40,974 nt of DNA from a virus (taxonomy: Duplodnaviria; Caudoviricetes). Positions 1 to 9,417 of the stretch are shown here, piece by piece (the first letter of the stretch is position 1; every line of letters starts with the position of its first letter). Both the position numbers and the translations under genes were made by a program. The stretch is from IMG/VR virus record IMGVR_UViG_3300025035_000602, positions 1 through 40,974 of that record; one strand, written 5' to 3'. The notes beneath the pieces were generated by a model. It searched no databases. It had not been told where the DNA came from and worked only from the letters and a program-made list of their open reading frames with translations.

Positions 1-93
1 TCCAGAGAGACCCCCCTGAAGCCAACACTAAATTGGTACATAGGGTTGAAACCCTGCTCTTTTAGAATTTTAAGCAGGTTGTCTGCCAATCTT

Positions 94-423
94 TCACAGA
101 CTAGCGCAAGGGCTGTTGGTAGTAGAATAAGAGAGTAGCGGTACATTGGTATTCCTCGTAGGTGTTGTGCCGTACTGCCCTGGTAAGATAAAGTTCTGCC
201 CGTTACACAGAAGGATCAAATGATTGACACCGTTCACATCTCTCCCTTCTACTTTTTTGCAAGCATACCCTTTATATTCAACTTCAAAGGGTGATACGGG
301 TTGCTTTAGCTGAGAGATACCTTCGTATGCAAACGCCGCAAATATTCCTAAAAATGCTGCAGCATAAAAGCTCAGAAGCCCTATCACTAACATGCCTGTA
401 TTTCCGATCTTATTACCTTTCAT
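94..423 (-). CDS. hypothetical membrane-anchored protein
   Basis: ORF track gives 94..459; ATG at 423 (MKGNK) has a GGAGGT SD and overlaps the end of ORF 413..634. Hydrophobic N-terminal segment LVIGLLSFYAAAFLGIFAAFAY. Confidence 0.6.
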   Translation of the reverse strand: MKGNKIGNTGMLVIGLLSFYAAAFLGIFAAFAYEGISQLKQPVSPFEVEYKGYACKKVEGRDVNGVNHLILLCNGQNFILPGQYGTTPTRNTNVPLLSYSTTNSPCASL

Positions 424-634
424 CGCATACCTCCCACAAAGCATAGAGAGTAGTACCATCTTTCAACACTACGCCGCCGGTCCATATTCTGGCAATACTT
501 TCGTCATATATCGCCGATTCGAAAGCTGCGATGTTTCCGCAGTTACCGCTACGGAACCAATCTCTAGCGGAGATTGTTAAATGACGACCATCCACTGCAA
601 TTTCTGTTTCACCGATTTTTAATTGCAATTGCAT
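413..634 (-). CDS. hypothetical protein (73 aa)
   Basis: ATG preceded by an AGGAG SD; coupled to the downstream ORF; no recognisable motif. Confidence 0.65.
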   Translation of the reverse strand: MQLQLKIGETEIAVDGRHLTISARDWFRSGNCGNIAAFESAIYDESIARIWTGGVVLKDGTTLYALWEVCDER

Positions 635-651
635 ACGGCTCTCCTAATGTT

Positions 652-673
652 ATCATATAAGATACCCTTATTT
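652..673 (-). promoter_or_regulatory. candidate phage promoter AAATAAGGGTATCTTATATGAT
   Basis: Directly upstream of the SD of ORF 413..634; ends in TATATGAT, as does the motif upstream of terS (40347..40371). Confidence 0.35.
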
Positions 674-688
674 GCGCAAGCAATATGG

Positions 689-813
689 TCTATAGATTAT
701 TCTTTTTATTAAACATACCTACTACTCCCTCCTTGTAGGGATAATCCATATAAAGTCTTATAATCTATAGACTATTCCTTTTACTAAACATACCTACTAC
801 TCCTTCCCTGTAG
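689..813. repeat. two 50-bp imperfect direct repeats (689..738 and 764..813)
   Basis: tctatagattattctttttattaaacatacctactactccctccttgtag vs tctatagactattccttttactaaacatacctactactccttccctgtag; 45/50 identical, 75-bp period, intergenic. Confidence 0.9.
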
Positions 814-871
814 AGTTAGTTTCAGAAATGCTTTGAGGGATATTTTTCGTTATAACATAGGGGACAGCAGT

Positions 872-885
872 GGGTTAATTTAACT
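872..885 (-). promoter_or_regulatory. partial copy of the conserved intergenic motif (AGTTAAATTAACCC)
   Basis: 14/14 identical to 25209..25222. It also lies within a possible plus-strand hairpin followed by TTTTTT (860..900), so its role is ambiguous. Confidence 0.35.
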
Positions 886-969
886 ACTCCCCGGTTTTTT
901 GTTATAAGGCTTCCGTGGATACTGCTTATCGGAAATCAAGCTAGTGCGGACCATTACGGCTTTTTAATT

Positions 970-1797
970 CTAAATTGCATCATAGATTAGACCCAGCTCG
1001 ACTAGAAGTTTAGAACCGGTATATTCAACTGTATTTTCAAAATAAGGGTTAAAGCGCAGTAAATGCCTTGGGTACTCTTTATCACACTGCAGGGCTCTAA
1101 TGTCACCCAGTAAGTTAAAATGCAAAAGAACACCAGTCATCGGGGATAATTTAGCGTTCTCAAAAACATGTGTAGAGTGTTTATATTGTCGCAAACCATC
1201 CCATTTAACCAATGGTATCTTTTTAAGTACTGGCGGTGCGTTTCCTCTGTACTTAAAACCCCTTTCAAACAATCTAAAGCGAACGCCGCCCCTGTTTATG
1301 ACCTTACCTACACCCGGGCATATCAAGTGTTGATAGGGGCCTGAATCAAAATAAGGGAAGCGCAAAATCAAATCATCGCCCGGTTCATGTGCAATATCTC
1401 CGAGGGGTGCGTTAGCGTACATATCCAACATAGGCGCTGCAAAGGCTTCATAATTACGCGATTCCAAAAAAGATATCAAATGCGATATGTCATGTTTTTC
1501 ACATGATGGATATGCAAAGAACTCATCGGTATCTACAGTTAGTGCCCATCTGTTTTTTGCATGTCTATTTAACGTTTCATTTATCCAGCGTACCCCGTGG
1601 TTACATTCCCTGTAATCCCTTTTTTCCAAGTATAAAACAACATCAGCTTGCGTCTCTAGGTATTCATAGGAACCATCTACAGAGTTATTATCGATCATTA
1701 CAAATTCTTTTATACCGAGCTTTCGATAATATTCTAAAAAGAAGGGTAATCTCTTTAGATCATTTTTCACACAACTGATTAAAATAGGCGTTTCCAC
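970..1797 (-). CDS. glycosyltransferase family 2 (Glyco_tranf_2_4-like, GT-A fold)
   Basis: CVKND..LPFFLEYYRKLG...IDNNSVDGS and the DxD motif in WALTVDTDEF; GTG start with AGGAG SD. Confidence 0.85.
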   Translation of the reverse strand: METPILISCVKNDLKRLPFFLEYYRKLGIKEFVMIDNNSVDGSYEYLETQADVVLYLEKRDYRECNHGVRWINETLNRHAKNRWALTVDTDEFFAYPSCEKHDISHLISFLESRNYEAFAAPMLDMYANAPLGDIAHEPGDDLILRFPYFDSGPYQHLICPGVGKVINRGGVRFRLFERGFKYRGNAPPVLKKIPLVKWDGLRQYKHSTHVFENAKLSPMTGVLLHFNLLGDIRALQCDKEYPRHLLRFNPYFENTVEYTGSKLLVELGLIYDAI

Positions 1798-1968
1798 TTA
1801 AACACTCCTGTACGTCCTGTAATTACTTTTAGGCCCTGTCTGAAAGTGAGTCCTAGCGGCCCGCTATGACGCCGCAAAATTGCCCATGACTGTCCCCCAA
1901 AACCCGCGAAAAAACGTCACAGCGGTTGCAGGAGGAGCCGTTGCTGGCGCTCCCCCTGCTTCCGTTTG

Positions 1969-2466
1969 CTAATCTTTCTGAAGTTTCAAGCTAGTGTCTT
2001 GGGCTTGTAAGAACGAAGTATAGTTAGGAAAAGTATAGATTTTCCTTATTTCCTTCTCGTCGGTAGGATAGCTTTTGGCTGCATGGCAAGTGATAAATAA
2101 CGTTTCTTTGAAAGTATAAGCTACACGCTTAATTCCAGGTTTACTGATCGTCTTGTGGTAACCCTCAAGCTCTATAGTTCCGTTTTCAGGATCCCATACC
2201 AGCATGTGTCCGTATACCATGAGAGCAACATGTTCAGTACGGTGTATCTCACCAATAATAAACGAATGCGCTGGTATGATACACTCTCTTACGTACACAC
2301 CTTCAGCGTAATTGCTTGTTATGATTGTATTATTACCGTAGTCAATTTTTAAATGCTCTTGAATGGCCTCTATCTTTTGCATTGTCAAATTGCCTAGCAG
2401 CATCATTTCAGCAATCGGATCAGTCATCTGAGAATTGTTCTTATTTATACTGGCTAAGGTCTTCAT
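1969..2466 (-). CDS. phage cupin-like protein
   Basis: YAEGVYVRECIIPAHSFIIGEIHRTEHVALMVYG ... ITCH gives a cupin-type His metal-binding pattern; ATG 2466 overlaps the upstream stop (ATGA). Confidence 0.65.
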   Translation of the reverse strand: MKTLASINKNNSQMTDPIAEMMLLGNLTMQKIEAIQEHLKIDYGNNTIITSNYAEGVYVRECIIPAHSFIIGEIHRTEHVALMVYGHMLVWDPENGTIELEGYHKTISKPGIKRVAYTFKETLFITCHAAKSYPTDEKEIRKIYTFPNYTSFLQAQDTSLKLQKD

Positions 2467-3059
2467 GGATTCCACACTATAGCGTCTAGTTCCGTGTCAT
2501 CGATCGCTGCATTGATTTCAGCCTTTTTAACTCGACCCTTTGCTCTAGCGGCCTCATCTTGCAACACAATTAGGCTTTGGATAGCAGAAAGATCATTTTC
2601 ATTAAGAGCATCTACGGTACCATTAATAGACTCCCAATCAATAGTATATAAAGGGTCCGTAGCCGCATACTGCACGGCCATACTAAGTCTTGTTTGTGTG
2701 GTATAATCTGCTGCGTATTCTTTTAGGTTGTATGTGACACCTGCTGTAGCGTCTGCTTCCATCAATATCTCGAATTCCGCCCATTTCGTATCTTTTCTAT
2801 CCTGTAGAGTACTGCCGTCTACCCAAGTACCAAGTATAGGGTCCCATACAGAAGTACTCGCGGGAGGCCTTTTAGTGACACTTGACAGGGTTAAACTTTC
2901 AGGGTTTTCGACAAATACGTAGAAATAGATGTTTCTAGTGATATCATTAGGGACTGGCAAAATTGTTTCTACATAACCTGGAGGTTTCTGGCTTGTTCTG
3001 ACATACGCTGAAACATATCCGTGGCTGTCGATCTTTAGGTAATTCTTTAAGATTGTCAT
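2463..3059 (-). CDS. tail fibre-associated protein, DUF4376-like C-terminal domain
   Basis: Follows the central fibre gene. W..DGSTLQDRKDTKW...YAADYTTQTRL...W...NG...KAEINAA..TELDAIVW pattern typical of tail fibre assembly proteins. Confidence 0.7.
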   Translation of the reverse strand: MTILKNYLKIDSHGYVSAYVRTSQKPPGYVETILPVPNDITRNIYFYVFVENPESLTLSSVTKRPPASTSVWDPILGTWVDGSTLQDRKDTKWAEFEILMEADATAGVTYNLKEYAADYTTQTRLSMAVQYAATDPLYTIDWESINGTVDALNENDLSAIQSLIVLQDEAARAKGRVKKAEINAAIDDTELDAIVWNP

Positions 3060-6000
3060 TATCGCTTACCTCCTAAAATAACCATAGAGGCATCCATCAT
3101 TGTCCCAGGCTTTGTATCCGCGTTATGTGGGTGATCTTTCCGCAATGATAACGCCGATGTGATTCTTCTTATCCCATTTCCCATTGTTAACATCCCTAAA
3201 CAAGTGCTATTGACAGCATCGCCCTCTATAGTTGCACCTACTTCAGTTACAATATAAGGTGCAGGAAGTGGATCAGGTTCAGGAACACCACCTGAAGATC
3301 CTCCGTTTATACCCAGTTGAACATTATACAAATAGACCCTTTCAACCGCCAATACATCACTGCCCAGACCTCCTACATTTGAATTAAGCTGAAAAGTAAG
3401 GCTGTACACACTTCCTGTTACACTAGTATCAACAGAGAATGGGAGTGTTACCGTATGCGCTGTGTCATTATTACTAGCAAATACTAAATCAGGTACCGGT
3501 ATAGGTGCTCCGCCATTGATGACGAGAGTAGCCTCTGCAACAGCACGTTGCCCCATCAAGTCGGTGGCTTTTAGCCCTAATTCTAGAGTTCCACTGATGT
3601 TGGTCACTGTGGCTGATCCACTCACCGCTTCTGACCAATAGGGTGTAATAAGCACGGTTACAGCGGTTAATACGTCGGCTGTCGCACTTATTTCATAAGA
3701 TGAAAGACCTCCTATATAGTAGTCCCACCACATGCTTTGCATCACAACACCATCGCCGAATTGACCAAATGTGTGATCTGAACCACCTGTACTCGAATTG
3801 TTTTCAACCATTTGAACTGCAGTACCGCTGCTTGGCGGAGGATCATAATAATCCGGAGGTAGGTCTGTGGCATAAATTCGGTGAATTAACGTAGTCTTAC
3901 CCATATCCTGCGGGTATGTACTAATATTAGACATGATGATAACATCTACTGTTTGTCCTGACGGGAGTCCTTCCATTATGTAGTCAATATAAAGAACTTC
4001 GGTGTTTACCCCTGTCTCTAAATTATGAGTAGCAAATGTGGAGCTGTACCTAGGCACTACTACAGCCTCCCCTGCGATCTGGAGAGTATCTACCGATAGC
4101 TGTTTTATATAGCCTCCGTCAATACCTGCGGAATTCTCATTACCTAAACTTATTATGTCAGCTCCAGTGACCGGGTCTCTAACTGTCAGGTTATTTATAG
4201 TAGCATTGCCTGCTTGTGTAAGCTGCCAGCCAGTCGTGGCTGTATAGTTATTTGAAGATAGGTCGGCTTTTATCTTTACACCTTCGGCGTCGTTGTATCT
4301 AAAGAATGAACCTGCATCCCCGACGTGGACATCGCCAGCGCTACCTAGCCAAAAACCTTGCACTAGACTGTCAAAGTTTACTTTGCCTCTGCGTATATTA
4401 CCGCCACCGCTCACCGTTATGTCACCGTCTACATCTAAACTGCCTGTACTCACTGTGATGGCGGACAAGGAGCCTACTTCTAAAGAAGCCCAGAAAGGTG
4501 TCTTCCACTGTGTAATGTTTGTTACTTCGTTATGGATACCTATAGTCATGAATAGCTTATTATTATTTGCCACAGGGCTCACAGGTAACTCAGACCATAT
4601 TTCCCCTAAACCCCACAAATCGTTAGGAGGGACAACACCTTCAGCAGTTCTAGGACCTACAAACACAGTAGCAAGTGGCATTTCAGTGAAGGCTGTGATT
4701 GAGGAAACACCCGGTATACCTGGCTCTCCTGGAATACCCACTTCGCCCTTTATTCGTATCGGACCCGCCCACCCCTGGGGAGCGCCTTGAATATACTTTT
4801 GTGTACGCATCCACAAGGCATCAGTACCCGGGATATCTGTCCAATGCAGATCATTTAACAGCTCGGGGGTTTCTAGGTTAGAAAATTCAAAATCTGTCCA
4901 GGTCCCGTCTACACCCGCTGCTCCGTCTTGCATGACATCTACTGGTGTAGACCATGAAGCGTCTTGAGGTGTCTCGCCGTTTTCAGTAAAGAGCCTGTTA
5001 GAGCTCCATAGTGTACCGCTTCCAGACAATACACCGTCTTCCCACCCATCTAAGGGATCTGGCAGTGGGCTAGAGAAACTGCCTCCAAGAGGCACATTAG
5101 GCTGTACTAATCCGCGTTTAAACACATAGCTTCTGAACTTAGACGCCGGTGGTGTGGCACCCATAGATTCTACAGCAAAATGGCCTGCTGACCAATTAAT
5201 GGTTGTCGTAACAGCTGTCGCTGAATCTGTAATCTGGCCGCCTAGCCTAAACAATACGAATCCCGCGCCGGGATACTCCGGTATTTCTGCGTACCAGCCT
5301 TCGGGAAGAGGCGCGATAGAACCGGTAGACCACGTATAAACGCTCGTTGATAATGGCTTTGCAGGTCGAGGAGCAGGAAAGTCCCACCTGTATAAGTAGA
5401 CCAATTGCCTGGATACGCTTGCTGCAGCTTCTCTTATGATGACTTCTGGTGAAGACCAATCTACCGTTGTAAACGCTTGACCCGTTTCTGCTTGGATATT
5501 CAAATAGGCCTCATAAGCCCTTTCTGAAAAGCCAGGGTTGGAGGGTGGCAACGTAAGCGACCACAGGATAGGCGCTGGTCCATCGAGACCTCCATGACTT
5601 CTAGAAGGTTCCCAAGTCATCTGAGAGGTCACACCTGTCAGTTCGCTATTCAGAGGAAATGCCGAACTCCATCTAAACAATCTTACGGTTTCTGACACAG
5701 TAGCCACATCAGAATATACTATCGGATTAGACCAGAGAAGCTCGTTCGTATTAAGACCGTACACCCCTCTGATGGTTGCCGTCGCCTTGCTTTGATACAC
5801 AACTCCTTGTCCAACAGGTATCTCTAATGACCACTCGATAGTACCTTCATTACTTGTTGGTGGAATGAAATCATTGAATCCAAAGAAATAACTACCAGAA
5901 GAAGATAGCGCATCTGATCCCGGTGTAAGAGGTGTAGGGGTCCCTGCAGGTCTTCTGTAATAGATAATCAACTCTTTTTCAGAAATCGTATCATTGTTTA

Positions 6001-8827
6001 AGACGACATTTGACCACTCCAGATCCATTACAAAGGTTTCTGGATAAGTTACATTGACTGTGGACGATATGCTGTACAGATTGCCTACAACATCACTTTT
6101 ATATTCAGCGGTGGCCGCCACTCTTGCAAAGTCTGGATCTACACTCCAGTCTATAGGTGGTACTAAAATCATCCCATTGAAATCAAATGTTCCTGAAAAT
6201 GCTAGATCTCCTGGAGGAATCACTACAGAACCTTCAATATCATCTCTAGAGTATCTATAGGCTTTTACTAAAGCACTAGAGAGTACTAGGCTGCTTGATC
6301 CTATAAGTACCTCAAGCTTTGGCCAACCTACGCCTAAGGCCACGTCCCATTCAGGGGCGATGTTACCCTCCCTGTCTCTTGCAACTACAGTAAAAGTTAC
6401 GTAACCTTCTCTAAGAATAGGTATGTCTATTTGCAAATTCTTAGTAGAGCCTATGGCTAGCCATTCGTCTCCGATAACAACCGCACTTGCAGGTTTTGCA
6501 ACATATTTAACATCATAAGTAACATCATTACCCTGAGCATATGCCCATGTCAAAGTACCACTTCTTAACAAATTACCTTCGGCAGTTGTATGTGTAATGT
6601 ACTGTAATTGAGAGGCCTGGCCTACAGGATATACAGAATAGGGACTTTGTATATCTATGACTTCGTTGTCCGGCGCATTCCAGGCTAAAATGGATGCATT
6701 AAATGTCGTGCAAGTCAAATCTAAACTGCCAGACGGGTTTGTCTTTACTGAATTAACCTGGAAAACAACACCAGGAATACCTAACGCGTCGCTGTTTACG
6801 TTTACTAGGTCACCGGGCTCTATGTAAAAATGTTTGCGAGACACAGTTATCACCAAAGACTTCTTATGTCGACTAGACCTTACAACCTCTTCTGCATGAG
6901 CCTTGGCATGGTGATAGTCGGTAACTCCGTCGAGTGTCTCTGAGGTCTCTAGAAGAATGCCATTATCTTGATTCAAATAAGTTTGGTAAACACTGTCCAA
7001 AAGGTCTGTTGGGTACTTATCAGGCCAACTGACAGAGTCAGCGTCAAAATTCTTCTCTTCGTTATTAAAGGTTACAGTGCAGTAGTTATACTTATCCGAT
7101 AGCGGTGTCCAACTTTGAGAAATTTGATTTTCTAACTCTATAGAGTCATCCGTAAAGTAGGCTACGCATAGATCATCATCGTAAGGATATACACCTTCAG
7201 CTATCTTTTGAGCGCCAGTTTTCCACTGATTGCTGTTAGGATTGTCAGGACGCAGCCAAGCTTGTAAGGATGCCTTGTAGATATCGGTTCTACCAAAATC
7301 ATCAGTCCATTGGATTACTGAACCAGCAGGGTAAATCTTACCTTCTTCGAAGATTTCTGGATAATGGAGTTTCAGCTTATACTGACCTTGGCTCCATAAT
7401 AGAACAGCATCACTACCCATGGTAGCTAGTATCTTGCCAATGTTCTCACGAACTGTTGCGCCTGAATTTAATACACCATTAAATTCAAAGCGTTTCAGTT
7501 GCTTTCCAGAAAGATTCTCTTCTGCAACCTTTTGAGTCCATAGTTTACCAATGGCTGGAAACGTGTCATTACCGCCTATAGCCACTGGCGTGTCACATAT
7601 CTCAGCTACTCTTGCAAATGATCTCAGATCAATCTCAGATAGGTTCAAACCCTTGCCATAGTCTGAATTTGTAAGGTAGTCTAACAAAATCTCAGCAGGA
7701 TTGTTACTATAGCTCTTTCCGCCGCCTAGCGTACCTTGATCGTCCGTAAAACGCAGTACTTTCAGGCCCTCACACTGTATTACAACATCAGGCACGCCAG
7801 CATATTGAGGCTCGTCCCTATCAAGTTTAAACGCCATTGACCCATAAGCTGTTTCAGGGAATCTTGCATTAGCTCTCGCAGGAAAATTAGCAGACATCAT
7901 AGGATCTACAACGTCACCTCCTGGATATATGTAAATTCTGCCACTCTCCCCAAATTCAGGATCTCTGTAATCTTTATCAGCCAACTCAATATAGAATACC
8001 TTGTTTATCCCTTTATAACAAAACACTTGTTGAATAAATAGAAACTCTCTTTTCCTTTTTTTAGAACCGTCACTAGCAGCTAGTGCAGGTGAGTTAGTAT
8101 TTATCAATCGGCCCTGATTGTACCTAACGTTATCATAAATCAACGTATTTGCATTGAACAAGCCTGTCAACATCAATATACCTGAATTATCATCATAGCT
8201 GATAATTCTGTATGCATGCTCGATGTTGCCGGGCGCAGGTAGTATGTTACCCTCTAAGTCTCTATATTGCCTGTTTGGGTCATAATTCCAAGGTTCATGT
8301 CTCAGTGTCACCGTTGCATTTACAAGTAAAAACTCAAACTGGTGACTTGACGCCATAACGGTGTAATTGGAGTTTGTTGACGTCCTATTGATCGCTGGTG
8401 TACCATTAAACGGTATTGACAATACACGTGTGGTATCTTCAGTCCACGCACTACCGCTAGGAGGGCCAACCGCAAACTCGCCCGGAGGTGACTCATAAAG
8501 GGTGACATTTATGGAACCTGCCACAGGCTTGCTAAAATCTTCACCAAAACCGGTCCTAGAGTCTCCGCTTGTTAAGAATGTCAAGCCATCTGCAGCTGGT
8601 TGCTGAAAGACGTAATCACTGGATACGTCATGATACACACGATACCCCGCTACTCTAGCCCTTCCATATACAATAGGTAATGGCCCTATTTCACCCTCTA
8701 CTGGTATTTCAAAACCCTTCCTAGCATCTGCGGCTGCTTTAGCCTTCTTTGCAGCCTTTAAGCCTTTCATTACTGAATATATGGTGCTTGCTACAGTAAT
8801 GACAGATGATACCGCTGCTATGCTCAT
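3059..8827 (-). CDS. central tail fibre / tip attachment (lambda J-like host specificity) protein, 1922 aa
   Basis: PLPIVYGRARVAG, YSNNPAEILLDYLTNSDYGKG, IDLRSF, NGVL and IEPGDLVNV are typical tail-tip motifs; FN3-like segment, short collagen-like GEVGIPGEPGIPG; position downstream of the tape measure and two tip genes. Confidence 0.85.
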   Translation of the reverse strand: MSIAAVSSVITVASTIYSVMKGLKAAKKAKAAADARKGFEIPVEGEIGPLPIVYGRARVAGYRVYHDVSSDYVFQQPAADGLTFLTSGDSRTGFGEDFSKPVAGSINVTLYESPPGEFAVGPPSGSAWTEDTTRVLSIPFNGTPAINRTSTNSNYTVMASSHQFEFLLVNATVTLRHEPWNYDPNRQYRDLEGNILPAPGNIEHAYRIISYDDNSGILMLTGLFNANTLIYDNVRYNQGRLINTNSPALAASDGSKKRKREFLFIQQVFCYKGINKVFYIELADKDYRDPEFGESGRIYIYPGGDVVDPMMSANFPARANARFPETAYGSMAFKLDRDEPQYAGVPDVVIQCEGLKVLRFTDDQGTLGGGKSYSNNPAEILLDYLTNSDYGKGLNLSEIDLRSFARVAEICDTPVAIGGNDTFPAIGKLWTQKVAEENLSGKQLKRFEFNGVLNSGATVRENIGKILATMGSDAVLLWSQGQYKLKLHYPEIFEEGKIYPAGSVIQWTDDFGRTDIYKASLQAWLRPDNPNSNQWKTGAQKIAEGVYPYDDDLCVAYFTDDSIELENQISQSWTPLSDKYNYCTVTFNNEEKNFDADSVSWPDKYPTDLLDSVYQTYLNQDNGILLETSETLDGVTDYHHAKAHAEEVVRSSRHKKSLVITVSRKHFYIEPGDLVNVNSDALGIPGVVFQVNSVKTNPSGSLDLTCTTFNASILAWNAPDNEVIDIQSPYSVYPVGQASQLQYITHTTAEGNLLRSGTLTWAYAQGNDVTYDVKYVAKPASAVVIGDEWLAIGSTKNLQIDIPILREGYVTFTVVARDREGNIAPEWDVALGVGWPKLEVLIGSSSLVLSSALVKAYRYSRDDIEGSVVIPPGDLAFSGTFDFNGMILVPPIDWSVDPDFARVAATAEYKSDVVGNLYSISSTVNVTYPETFVMDLEWSNVVLNNDTISEKELIIYYRRPAGTPTPLTPGSDALSSSGSYFFGFNDFIPPTSNEGTIEWSLEIPVGQGVVYQSKATATIRGVYGLNTNELLWSNPIVYSDVATVSETVRLFRWSSAFPLNSELTGVTSQMTWEPSRSHGGLDGPAPILWSLTLPPSNPGFSERAYEAYLNIQAETGQAFTTVDWSSPEVIIREAAASVSRQLVYLYRWDFPAPRPAKPLSTSVYTWSTGSIAPLPEGWYAEIPEYPGAGFVLFRLGGQITDSATAVTTTINWSAGHFAVESMGATPPASKFRSYVFKRGLVQPNVPLGGSFSSPLPDPLDGWEDGVLSGSGTLWSSNRLFTENGETPQDASWSTPVDVMQDGAAGVDGTWTDFEFSNLETPELLNDLHWTDIPGTDALWMRTQKYIQGAPQGWAGPIRIKGEVGIPGEPGIPGVSSITAFTEMPLATVFVGPRTAEGVVPPNDLWGLGEIWSELPVSPVANNNKLFMTIGIHNEVTNITQWKTPFWASLEVGSLSAITVSTGSLDVDGDITVSGGGNIRRGKVNFDSLVQGFWLGSAGDVHVGDAGSFFRYNDAEGVKIKADLSSNNYTATTGWQLTQAGNATINNLTVRDPVTGADIISLGNENSAGIDGGYIKQLSVDTLQIAGEAVVVPRYSSTFATHNLETGVNTEVLYIDYIMEGLPSGQTVDVIIMSNISTYPQDMGKTTLIHRIYATDLPPDYYDPPPSSGTAVQMVENNSSTGGSDHTFGQFGDGVVMQSMWWDYYIGGLSSYEISATADVLTAVTVLITPYWSEAVSGSATVTNISGTLELGLKATDLMGQRAVAEATLVINGGAPIPVPDLVFASNNDTAHTVTLPFSVDTSVTGSVYSLTFQLNSNVGGLGSDVLAVERVYLYNVQLGINGGSSGGVPEPDPLPAPYIVTEVGATIEGDAVNSTCLGMLTMGNGIRRITSALSLRKDHPHNADTKPGTMMDASMVILGGKR

Positions 8828-9417
8828 CTATTTTTCTCCTTTTTACCCCATAACAGAGTGACAGAATCGGATCCTATCAAGACCTGGTCATAAGAGTTGT
8901 CTGAAGGGTATACGCCCTTATATTTATTTCTCAAATAGTTTTGAGAAGTTAATAATGTTCTAGTCAGATCAAAAGCACCCATAGGAGAGGAACAGTCTAG
9001 TGTTATGGTGATTTCGCCTGATGGGTTTATGTCATATTCAGCACCGTCTAAAAAACCTTTGTATATGAGCAATAAATTGTCTTCGAGCTCTCCTTGAGGA
9101 TCTAATAGACCAGCATACACGGAGACTGAAGCACCAGTAAAGGATTCTGCATCAATTATAGCCCTTAGTGTGTAATTAGGGTCTGCAATTACAAGTTTAT
9201 AAGTGTCCCTATCCATAATCTCAGACAGTTTTGGAGGGTCAACCTGCATAAGCCCGTTATTAGCACTGTATGTAACAGCTTCATATGTGATATCAAATGG
9301 TAAACTTGTATAAGCTAGTACTGTCCCTTCTTCAGCTGGGCCTATTTTTACCGCTAGAAAAGACACAATGTTATCACGTTGCATTGCTAAGAAGATATTT
9401 TGAGGTATATTTCTCAT
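8824..9417 (-). CDS. tail tip / baseplate hub protein (DUF2163-like)
   Basis: Position between Dit and the central fibre; YTSLPFDITYEAVTY...IYKGFLD...ITLDCSS...D.SYD....LLWG pattern. Confidence 0.65.
   Translation of the reverse strand: MRNIPQNIFLAMQRDNIVSFLAVKIGPAEEGTVLAYTSLPFDITYEAVTYSANNGLMQVDPPKLSEIMDRDTYKLVIADPNYTLRAIIDAESFTGASVSVYAGLLDPQGELEDNLLLIYKGFLDGAEYDINPSGEITITLDCSSPMGAFDLTRTLLTSQNYLRNKYKGVYPSDNSYDQVLIGSDSVTLLWGKKEKNR

Noticed and set aside
689-813. Possible mini-CRISPR array
   Set aside because: Only two 50-bp units with a 25-bp spacer, not palindromic, and no cas genes.
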